In this document: positions 1-7,992 of the stretch, in pieces
How positions within the stretch are numbered: the stretch's first letter is position 1
Layout: each line of letters starts with the position of its first letter
Source: an uncultured Planctomycetaceae bacterium
GTDB lineage: Bacteria; Planctomycetota; Planctomycetia; Planctomycetales; Planctomycetaceae
DNA: 55,656 bases
Reading direction: 5' to 3'
Assembly: GCA_963976765.1 (NCBI GenBank)
Contig: CAXBME010000039.1
Span: 1 to 55,656 of the forward strand
Made by a program: the position numbers and the translations under genes
The notes under the pieces: model-generated
Databases searched by the model: none
What the model saw: the letters and a program-made list of their open reading frames with translations, nothing else
Told to the model about the DNA's origin: nothing

Positions 1-15
1 GCCGGAATCGCACAG

Positions 16-52
16 AGCCGTCTTCAAACCATGTTTGAAGACGGCTTTTTTT
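16..52 (+). terminator. Rho-independent terminator of a gene upstream of the window
   Basis: Perfect 14-bp stem agccgtcttcaaac/gtttgaagacggct with 3-nt loop, followed by a T-tract (46-52). Confidence 0.85.
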
Positions 53-414
53 ACGTGCCAAACTCCATAACCAGCGCCTTGAATTGCCTGCGAATTGCGG
101 GGAGGTTTTCGGTGGTTTGTTTGGGGGTAAATGCCATGCGGATGAGGCAATTGTCAACAGCAGCTTTTCTTTTCTGTTAACGTGGAAGTTTGGATTCAGG
201 AGAATCGTCTGCCAGAACTGCCAAGAAGCGAGTCTGTCGAATCCTCGTGGAGATTAATGACTCGTTCGCCAACAAAGCCTGTCAGAAGATCGGCCGGTCG
301 AATGTGTCGCCTTAAAGACTCCTTAAGGTGCGCCTGTTGATGGTTTGCTATTCAGTCGGGAGTGAGCGGCGGTTCACCGAACGCATTGAAGGCAAATGAT
401 TGATCCAACGATTC

Positions 415-1551
415 TTACATCGCTCGTCGTTGCCGGCGGCCCTTGGAAAAACTATCGATGACCATGTTGCCGAGATCGTCGGCGTTGCAGTAGGCGGCAA
501 CGCCTCCGGAGACTTGGGCCATCTGTTCCACAAAATTGACCAGGTCGAGATAGAAGTAGTCCTCGATCAATGCGAAGCTCGACATGTGGATGCCGTCGTT
601 TGAGCATCGTTTCACTTCAGCCAGAGTGGCCTTTGAGGTGCGGTCGGCCGGAGGATAGATCAGTAGTAGATCCCGTCCTTCAAGGTGAGCTGTCGGCTCG
701 CCGTCGGTGATCGTAATAATCTGCCGATTCGGTGCGGGCTGTCGCTTGAGAACACGCCGCGCAAACTGCAGTCCCGCCTGGATATTTGTGAAATGTTGTG
801 GCACGAAATTCGGCGGCTGGTCGAGGTTGATACGGAGATGGACTCTCGGGTCGAAGATGCTGACTTCTTTCGGCGCGGAGTAAAGCAGCTCTCGTTCCGT
901 CATTGGACTGGCGTAGCTGTAGAATCCAACGATCTGCAGAAAGTCTCCCTGGTAGCGACCTCGGACCAGCCCTTGTAAAGCCATCGCGACCTTTTTGGCC
1001 TGGCCATACTTGCCGTAGCGGTTCATACTGCCAGACATGTCGATCAGCACGACGGTTGCGCAGGCCGTTTGATATTCGGTGTCGTAAACGACGAGATCGT
1101 CCTGTGCGATGTCGACAGGTGAACCGCCGCCCTGTCGCAGGATTGCGTTCTTCAGCGTTGCGTGCATGTCCAGGTTTGAGATCGGGTCGCCGTATTCATA
1201 CGGCCTGGTCTCGTCATGGATCGTCTGACCGGCCCCTCGGAACTGTGTCTCGTGCTTACCGACCTTGTCATGACGACTGACGTTAAAGAGTGATTCGAGG
1301 GCCTGTCCTTCGACACGTCGCACCCCCTTCGGAGTCACGTGGAAGCGGCCTTTCTCGTCCTTGTCGACGTAGCCCTGCTCGATCAGCTTCTGCACGAGGT
1401 CAGGGTGCTCCTGTTCCCAGTGAAGCAGGTTGTCCAGAATCTCCTCGCCATAGTCGAGCATGTAACGACTCAGTTCGTCGAACACCTTGTCCAGTGACTG
1501 TGGCGTAAATTCCTGGGAGCCGTCCCATCGCGAGTATTCAAAGTTGGGCAC
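415..1551 (-). CDS. VWA (von Willebrand A) domain-containing protein
   Basis: MIDAS motif DMSGSM and ITDGEPT; N-terminal YSRWDG typical of this family. Start moved from 1752 (ORF track) to GTG at 1551. Confidence 0.8.
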   Translation of the reverse strand: MPNFEYSRWDGSQEFTPQSLDKVFDELSRYMLDYGEEILDNLLHWEQEHPDLVQKLIEQGYVDKDEKGRFHVTPKGVRRVEGQALESLFNVSRHDKVGKHETQFRGAGQTIHDETRPYEYGDPISNLDMHATLKNAILRQGGGSPVDIAQDDLVVYDTEYQTACATVVLIDMSGSMNRYGKYGQAKKVAMALQGLVRGRYQGDFLQIVGFYSYASPMTERELLYSAPKEVSIFDPRVHLRINLDQPPNFVPQHFTNIQAGLQFARRVLKRQPAPNRQIITITDGEPTAHLEGRDLLLIYPPADRTSKATLAEVKRCSNDGIHMSSFALIEDYFYLDLVNFVEQMAQVSGGVAAYCNADDLGNMVIDSFSKGRRQRRAM

Positions 1552-1939
1552 AAACGGCCTCTGTTCTATCGGTTGTGTTTCTGTCTGCTGAAGAAGCAGA
1601 TGCTCGATCGTGCCAGCAGAATTCGATGAGTGCAAGGATACCGCCGTCGCTGATGGGATCCGAATCGAGTGGATGTACTTTCCCGCATCCCTGGAAGAAT
1701 CCGAGCTTTCGGCACGAACTGCCTTGCCGAGCAACTCAACCGATCCGCACATCTGTCACAGGTCGGCACAGTCGTTCGCAGTTTCACCAATCGTCACACG
1801 ATTGGTCAGCCGAACTGTCCGGTATGGTCTAAGTTTAGGGCAAGCTGCAACGGCTTGGCTTTCGGGAAAGAGGTATCGGACAGTGAGTCCGGTCGGTCGA
1901 AGGCGGGCTGCCATCACACTATGGATCAGGAACGGCACG

Positions 1940-2167
1940 ATGCTGGTACTCAGCCGGAAGAAGGACGAGAAGATCGTCATTGGCGACAACATTTCAATCA
2001 TGGTTGTCGAGATTCGAGGGGACAAAGTGCGTCTTGGGATCGACGCTCCTCGCGATGTAAGTGTGCATCGGCGGGAAGTCTATGACGCCATCAAACGTAA
2101 AGAGTCCGAACAGGGAGCAGGCGAAGACGATTCTGCTGACCTGACGGCCAACCAGGTTCAGGCATGA
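1940..2167 (+). CDS. csrA: Carbon storage regulator CsrA (RNA-binding translational regulator)
   Basis: MLVLSRK..E.IVIGDNI.I.VVEIRGDKVRLGIDAP.DVSVHRREVY is the CsrA signature; ATG at 1940 after cagga. Confidence 0.95.
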   Translation: MLVLSRKKDEKIVIGDNISIMVVEIRGDKVRLGIDAPRDVSVHRREVYDAIKRKESEQGAGEDDSADLTANQVQA

Positions 2168-2403
2168 TCAGCCAGTCAACGGCTGTTTCAGCAACACTTG
2201 TTGAACGAGTCAGTGAGCGGGCCGCTCGCGAACAATCGTGTGCGGAGATCCCGTTGATCGTTCTGGACGAGATGCTACGCGAAAGTCTGGCGTCTGAGTG
2301 GAACACGCAACTGGAGTCAGCAAAGGTTCTGCTGGTGGCTGCCTACCGCTCTGCAAAAAGTACGAGTGGAACAGCTGTCTGCGAAGATCCTTGCGTCGCG
2401 TAG
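2164..2403 (+). CDS. Hypothetical 79-aa protein translationally coupled to csrA
   Basis: ATGA overlap with the csrA stop; helical-looking sequence; no recognisable motif. Confidence 0.45.
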   Translation: MISQSTAVSATLVERVSERAAREQSCAEIPLIVLDEMLRESLASEWNTQLESAKVLLVAAYRSAKSTSGTAVCEDPCVA

Positions 2404-2615
2404 GCGATCAGCTGGCGAAATTGCGGAATCAACGAATTCAGCCCTGAACCGGCATCACACGATTTGTGATGCCAGTTCAGGGCTGTTTTGCTGGGCCATC
2501 GCGATATGGTTGTGATGTGACTTCTCTCGGCAGGCCGGAACCGCGCTGCGTTTATTCCAGCATTCTGGTCATGGCCACGTCCTGCTGAAGAACTCACAGC
2601 CTCGAAGCGTGGCGA

Positions 2616-3905
2616 TTAATTCTTTCTGAATCGGCCCAGGACTTTACGAAGCTCGTCGAGAGTGACCTTGCCGTCCTGATTCGAGTCGACCTGATCAAAA
2701 TTCTGCCTGAGTCGATCTGGCGCTTCCTCTTTGCTGATCGCTCCGTCCTTGTCACGATCCATCCTGTTGAAAGATTCTTCCGGGTTCTGGAAGTTCGGCC
2801 GCCGATTCCGGTCTGTTTGATTCTGCGGTGAGGTTCGCGAGACATCCGGTTTGCCTTCTGGCTGATCACTTTCCGGACGTCGCGGACGATTATTGTCGTC
2901 TCGACTGCCGCTCTGACGTGGCTGGTCCATCGAACCCTGGTTGCCTGGCGGAGGGCCAAACAATTCTCGACCGTCCAAAGCACCGTCGCCGTTCTGGTCG
3001 AGGCGTTCAAGCAGCGATGCTGCCTTCGATAGTTCCTCCCGCGTGAGCCGCCCGTCGTGGTTTATATCGAGAATTCGCAGGAAGGCAGGGCCGCCGTCTA
3101 CAGGAGGACGATCACCATCGCCTGGCCGGCGCATCTCACCGTCCCGTGCGGGGCGATCATTTTCGGGGCGTTTGTCACTGCGGTCCGGGCGACCGTTCTG
3201 CTGAGCACGATTAAACTGCGTCACAGCGTTCTGAAATTCCTGCATCGTGAGCGAGCCATCGCGTCCCTTGCCCGAGCGCTCAAGGATTGCAGTCACCATT
3301 CGCCGTCCCTGCTCTGGAGCCTCGTCCACGGTGAGTTTTCCGTCGCTGTTCGTGTCGAGTCGTTTGAAGGTCTCTTCCGGATTTCTCATCTGACCAGGTC
3401 GACCGCCAGCCTGGCCAGCACCAGCTCGTTCCATGCCTTGACGAAGCTGCTGAAATTCCTGAAGTGTGAGGGCGTCTTTGCCAAGCTTCTCAAAAGCAGG
3501 CGCAAGCCGTTCGGCAAACTGCTCGGGCAGTTCGTTCTCCGCGAGCTTGCCATCGCCATCCTTGTCGAGCCGCTTGAAAAACGCCGCCGCGTCAAACTGC
3601 TGCCCACCCGGAGTTCCTGGACGGCGCCCTGCTCCGTTCGCAGCAGCCGGCGGTGCATCAACGGCTTCGGAAGTCGCTTTCGTAAATTCGGACTCTGTCA
3701 GTTCACCATTCCTGTCGGCGTCGCCGAGTCGGACGAGTCGTTCGAAAAAGCGAGCCTGCTCTTCCGACACCTCTTCGGCGACTAACCTGCCGTCGCTGTT
3801 CTTGTCGAGCTGTTTGAACAGGCTGGTGGTCTTGTCCCCGTCCTGAGCGGTGGCCACGATCGAACATGAAAGCACGATCCCTGTCAGCGTGCAGAAACGT
3901 ATCAT
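2616..3905 (-). CDS. Secreted multi-EF-hand Ca-binding protein
   Basis: Sec-type signal peptide; about 8 canonical DxDxDG-x5-E loops (e.g. DKNSDGRLVAEE, DKDGDGKLAENE, DSNQDGKVTLDE) plus 2 degenerate ones, with R/P/G-rich linkers. Confidence 0.85.
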   Translation of the reverse strand: MIRFCTLTGIVLSCSIVATAQDGDKTTSLFKQLDKNSDGRLVAEEVSEEQARFFERLVRLGDADRNGELTESEFTKATSEAVDAPPAAANGAGRRPGTPGGQQFDAAAFFKRLDKDGDGKLAENELPEQFAERLAPAFEKLGKDALTLQEFQQLRQGMERAGAGQAGGRPGQMRNPEETFKRLDTNSDGKLTVDEAPEQGRRMVTAILERSGKGRDGSLTMQEFQNAVTQFNRAQQNGRPDRSDKRPENDRPARDGEMRRPGDGDRPPVDGGPAFLRILDINHDGRLTREELSKAASLLERLDQNGDGALDGRELFGPPPGNQGSMDQPRQSGSRDDNNRPRRPESDQPEGKPDVSRTSPQNQTDRNRRPNFQNPEESFNRMDRDKDGAISKEEAPDRLRQNFDQVDSNQDGKVTLDELRKVLGRFRKN

Positions 3906-4089
3906 CTGAGAATTCCTGATTACCTGAGTTAATTTACGACGGGTTCAGTGACGGGCCGCGAAACGACGACCTTTCCGGGCAGCTGAAATCGTTGCCCGCA
4001 GACCACGAGTCCGATGGTTACCCGATCGTTCTTTCAGCAGCTGCTGGTGTTAAACCTTCGGTAAAAAAGAAAGTTTCGCCAGTAAACTG

Positions 4090-4124
4090 AAAAAGGCATG
4101 GAGTCGATGAGACAGCTCCATGCC
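4090..4124 (-). terminator. Rho-independent terminator after the fadJ-like gene
   Basis: Stem ggcatggag/ctccatgcc followed by a T5 tract on the minus strand. Confidence 0.7.
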
Positions 4125-4179
4125 CGGTTCGTTTTCAGAGTGCAGTGATATTCCTCAGTCTCTGCTGCCCGCATTCACT

Positions 4180-6327
4180 TCAGGCAACGTTTCCGAGCCG
4201 AAAGTATTTTTCGCCGGATGAAGCCATCTGTTTCAGAGAGTCCGTTGCTTCGAACCGTTTGCCGAAGTCTGCAAACTGTTCCAGTCGCCCGACAATATTT
4301 CCGGCACCTTCCGTGTCGCACCAGTGGAGAATTCCGCCCTTAAACGGTGGGAACCCGATGCCCAGCAGCAGGCCGAGATCAACATGAGTTGGCTCGGAAA
4401 CGATGCCGTCTTCGAGGACTCGCGTCGCTTCAAGCAGCATCGGCAAAAACAGTCGGTCGGTGATTTCTTCCTGCGAGAAGGGCTTCGACCCTGTTCGGTG
4501 CTTCTCAAGAAACCCGTTGAAGTCAGGATCCGGAGCGGGTTTGCCTTTCGGGCCGACGTACTGCCGGAATCCTTTGCCGGCCTTTTTGCCGAGACGACCG
4601 GCCTGAACAATATCTTCCAGCAGCGGACACATGTCGGCTCGATCGGCGAATGCTTCAGACACAACCTTGCCGGCAAACATCGCGACGTCGGTTCCAACGA
4701 GATCATGCAGAGCGATCGGCCCCATCGGCATTCCGAAACGCGTTGCTGCTTTGTCGATGTCGTCCATCGATGCGCCTTCGCAGAGCAACAGCAGCGACTC
4801 GTTCATGTACGGCAGCAGGACTCGGTTGACCAGAAACCCCGGACAGTCCTTCATGACAATCGGCGTCTTGCCGATTCGTCTTGCCAGGGTGACCACGGTT
4901 TCGACCGTTTCGTCGTCGGTCTTTTCACCGCGGATCACCTCGACAAGCTGCATCCGATCGACCGGGTAAAAGAAGTGCATCCCGACAAAGCGGCTCGGGT
5001 TCGGAGCCGACTCAGCCATTCGCGTGATTGAGATCGTCGACGTGTTGCTGGCCAGGATAGCGTCGTCGCGAAGAACGGGTGCGAGTTCACGGTACGAGGC
5101 GGTTTTCAGTTCTTCATTCTCGGTGATTGCCTCAACGACGACGTCGCAATCAGAGAATGTTGTTTTCGACGTCGCGGTGCTGAGCAGGCCGAGCATATCC
5201 GCCATGTCTTCGTGGGTGGCTCGACCAATCTGGATGCGAGAGTCGATAACTTTCTTTGCAGCAGCCATACCCCAGCCGAGCCGTTCTTCACTGATGTCGA
5301 CCATCGTGGCCGGTACACCGCGGCGGCAATGAGCAGTCGCGATGCCTGCTCCCATTTGCCCCGTGCCGAGCACCCCGATGCGGTTGACATTTTTTGGTTT
5401 CGCTGAAGTTCCACCGAAGCCGGGGTCTTTGCCGACCTGCGTGTTCATGAAGAAGACGCCGATCAGGTTTGCTGAGATCGTCGACCCAACTACTTCCAGC
5501 GAAACTTCCTGTTCGACTTTCAAACCTTCTTCCAGCGGCAGGTTGACTCCCTGCTTGATCGCCTCTAACGCCGCGAGAGGAGCCGGGTACTGGCCTTTGG
5601 TTTTACCTCGCACTCCGCCTTCTGAAACGGCAAACGCAAACGCCATCTGATCGTCGGTTAGGCCGAGCGGCTGCGATCGCTTCTTGCGATTTTCTTTCCA
5701 GAGATCGCCGTCGCGAAGAATGCCGATCACACGTCGTCCTTCGTCGAGAAGCTGTTCGGCAGGAACTCCATCAAAGGCCAGGCCACACCCGATGCACGTT
5801 TTCGGATCCTGCGGCGCCCCCGACGTGATCATCGAAATCGCATGGTGAATCCCTGTCAGACGAGGCAGCCGCTGAGTTCCGCCCCAGCCAGGGATTAATC
5901 CAACATTCACTTCCGGCAGAGCGATCTTCGTTTTGCCGATCGACACGATCCGCTCATCGAAAGACAGAATGAGTTCCGTACCGCCGCCCATGCACGCGCC
6001 GTCGACGAGTGCGATGGTCGGAAACGGCAGCTTGCTGATTCGCGAAAACAGGGCGTGTCCGGCTTCGACTGCTGCGAGCACTTCTTCGCGAGTCGCCGTC
6101 GCCAGCGCTCCGAGTTCGTTGAGATCAGCTCCGGCGATGAACTGACCGGGCTTGCCGCTTTGCAGCAGAAGTCCCTGCAGGTCGTCTCGTTTTTCAAGGT
6201 CGTCGACGATGCCGGACAATTCTTCCATCACGACTCGACCGAGCGTGTTGACCTTCTTACCCGGCGCGTCAATCGTCAGCAGGCCAATCTGCCCATTCAG
6301 CTCTTCGAACCGAAACACGTTACTCAT
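4180..6327 (-). CDS. fadJ: Fatty acid oxidation complex alpha subunit (enoyl-CoA hydratase / 3-hydroxyacyl-CoA dehydrogenase), FadJ/FadB family
   Basis: Crotonase motifs FIAGADL, GGGTEL, LPEV.VGLIPGWGGTQRLPRL; Rossmann GTGQMGAG; ASNTSTI, GMHFF.P, PGFLVNR. Confidence 0.88.
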   Translation of the reverse strand: MSNVFRFEELNGQIGLLTIDAPGKKVNTLGRVVMEELSGIVDDLEKRDDLQGLLLQSGKPGQFIAGADLNELGALATATREEVLAAVEAGHALFSRISKLPFPTIALVDGACMGGGTELILSFDERIVSIGKTKIALPEVNVGLIPGWGGTQRLPRLTGIHHAISMITSGAPQDPKTCIGCGLAFDGVPAEQLLDEGRRVIGILRDGDLWKENRKKRSQPLGLTDDQMAFAFAVSEGGVRGKTKGQYPAPLAALEAIKQGVNLPLEEGLKVEQEVSLEVVGSTISANLIGVFFMNTQVGKDPGFGGTSAKPKNVNRIGVLGTGQMGAGIATAHCRRGVPATMVDISEERLGWGMAAAKKVIDSRIQIGRATHEDMADMLGLLSTATSKTTFSDCDVVVEAITENEELKTASYRELAPVLRDDAILASNTSTISITRMAESAPNPSRFVGMHFFYPVDRMQLVEVIRGEKTDDETVETVVTLARRIGKTPIVMKDCPGFLVNRVLLPYMNESLLLLCEGASMDDIDKAATRFGMPMGPIALHDLVGTDVAMFAGKVVSEAFADRADMCPLLEDIVQAGRLGKKAGKGFRQYVGPKGKPAPDPDFNGFLEKHRTGSKPFSQEEITDRLFLPMLLEATRVLEDGIVSEPTHVDLGLLLGIGFPPFKGGILHWCDTEGAGNIVGRLEQFADFGKRFEATDSLKQMASSGEKYFRLGNVA

Positions 6328-6453
6328 AGCGACTCCATTCCAGAGAAACTGCCAGACGACACCCGGTCCTGCGTATGCTTTCCGCAGGCCATTGAGCTGT
6401 CAAGAAGCGAATGCCGCTGCGAGTCCCCGCCGCCGGATTATGCCGCAAAAGAG

Positions 6454-6483
6454 GAAAGCCCGCCCAACCTGGGACGGGCTTTC
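6454..6483 (-). terminator. Probable terminator hairpin after the DUF1501 gene
   Basis: Stem gaaagcccg/cgggctttc just downstream of the stop at 6508. Confidence 0.55.
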
Positions 6484-6507
6484 AAATTGCTTCTTCGAGA
6501 GAGCAGA

Positions 6508-7896
6508 TTATGCGATCAGTTCCGGAATGAGTTCGCCGCCAAACTGAGACAGTTGCTTGTAGCGACCGGCATGGAAGTACGTCAGTTTGTTGTCGTCCAG
6601 GCCGAGCAGATGCAGCATCGTAATATGAACATCACGGATGGGATGAACGACTTCGACGGCTTCGGCGGCGATTTCATCGGTGGCTCCGACAATGGATCCG
6701 CGTTTTGTCCCACCACCCGCGAACCACATATTCATTGCATCGGCGTTGTGGCCTCGGCCAAGCGAAGTCACTCCGCCCCGATAGTTGTTGTCCGGAGTTC
6801 GACCGAATTCGCCGGTCCAGACGACGAGAGTGTCCTCAAGCAGACCTCGGGCTTTGAGATCTTTGATCAGCGCGGCAATTGGCTGATCGACACTCGCGAT
6901 GCGCGACGAGTGGCCCTGTTCAAGGTAATCATGGCTGTCCCAACCGCCTGAGAAAATCTGGACGAAGCGGACACCCTCTTCGACCAGTCGGCGAGCCATC
7001 AGGCACTGACGACCGAATGTCGCCGTCTCTTTCCGCTCCAGCCCGTACGCCTTCTGCACGTGCGCGGGTTCACTGTCGATGTCGATGATGCCTGGAACGG
7101 CCATCTGCATGCGATAGGCAAGTTCGTAGCTTTCCATGCGAGCGGCCAGCTCTGCGTGTTCGGGATGCTGTTCGGCGTGTTGAGCGTTCAACAGGGCAAG
7201 TTGATCAAGAGCCTTCCGCTGGTGCTCTCGCGACTTGTACTTCGGCGGGTTGAGGTCGAGGATCGGCGACCCCGTCGACCGAAGTCGAGTTCCCTGGTAA
7301 TGTGCGGGCAGAAAGCCGTTCGTCCAGTTGGCAGGGCCGGCCTGTGGAAGTGCCAGTTCCGTCATTACAACGTAGCCTGGCAGATTCTGGTTTTCCGAAC
7401 CCAGGCCGTAGGTCGTCCATGCTCCCAGGCCAGGGTCGCCGCCCAGTCTGCTGCCAGTATTCATGTGCAGCAGCGCTTCCGGGTGATTTAACGATTCCGC
7501 TTTACAGCCACGGTAGACGCAGAGTTCGTCAGCCACTTCCGGATCAGCCAGAAACTGCCACGGCTCAGACATTTCGATGCCGGAGTTGCCAACTTTCCGA
7601 GCTTTGAACGGACTGCCGACGTAGAAGCGTTTGCCCGTCTCAAGACCCGTTGTGCGCTTTGACTCGGTTACGTGCAGCGCGTTGAGTTTCGGTTTCGGAT
7701 CGAACGTGTCCGCCTGGGATGGTCCTCCCTCCATGAAGAGCATGATTACAGCTTTCGCCTTCGGAGCATGCATCGGCTGCTTCGACGCCAGTGGGCCACC
7801 AGTCTTCTTCTCTGCAGCCTGCAGGTCGGTCAGCGCCAACGCTCCGAGTGAAGAACCGAGTCCGTAGAGAAAATCGCGACGGGGGATATTTGCCAT
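6508..7896 (-). CDS. DUF1501 domain-containing protein (Tat-exported)
   Basis: Twin-arginine RRDFL; AKAVI.LFM.GGPSQ.DTFDPKP, FGRQCLMARRLVE.GVRFVQI, WDSH, GEFGRTP motifs. Confidence 0.92.
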   Translation of the reverse strand: MANIPRRDFLYGLGSSLGALALTDLQAAEKKTGGPLASKQPMHAPKAKAVIMLFMEGGPSQADTFDPKPKLNALHVTESKRTTGLETGKRFYVGSPFKARKVGNSGIEMSEPWQFLADPEVADELCVYRGCKAESLNHPEALLHMNTGSRLGGDPGLGAWTTYGLGSENQNLPGYVVMTELALPQAGPANWTNGFLPAHYQGTRLRSTGSPILDLNPPKYKSREHQRKALDQLALLNAQHAEQHPEHAELAARMESYELAYRMQMAVPGIIDIDSEPAHVQKAYGLERKETATFGRQCLMARRLVEEGVRFVQIFSGGWDSHDYLEQGHSSRIASVDQPIAALIKDLKARGLLEDTLVVWTGEFGRTPDNNYRGGVTSLGRGHNADAMNMWFAGGGTKRGSIVGATDEIAAEAVEVVHPIRDVHITMLHLLGLDDNKLTYFHAGRYKQLSQFGGELIPELIA

Positions 7897-7992
7897 CGTT
7901 TTGACCTTGTTTTCAGACGGTGGTAACAGAATTGCAGGAGTCAGAATTAATCCAGGCTGGCATGCAGGTTTGGTCGCCAGAATGCAGCGTCG

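Noticed and set aside
308..330. Hairpin cgccttaa/ttaaggtg downstream of the VWA gene
   Set aside because: Weak AT-rich stem with no U-tract
1630..1700. CsrB-like sRNA from clustered GGA motifs upstream of csrA
   Set aside because: Only about four GGA, not clearly in hairpin loops, no terminator; compatible with chance
1552..1939. Long N-terminal extensions of the VWA ORF (to 1752) and csrA ORF (from 1610)
   Set aside because: They overlap each other, and family similarity begins at 1551 and 1940; more likely a divergent promoter region
3057..6951. Long antisense ORFs (3057-3785, 4324-5031, 6055-6951) and similar ones elsewhere
   Set aside because: Opposite well-supported genes; expected shadows in GC-rich coding DNA
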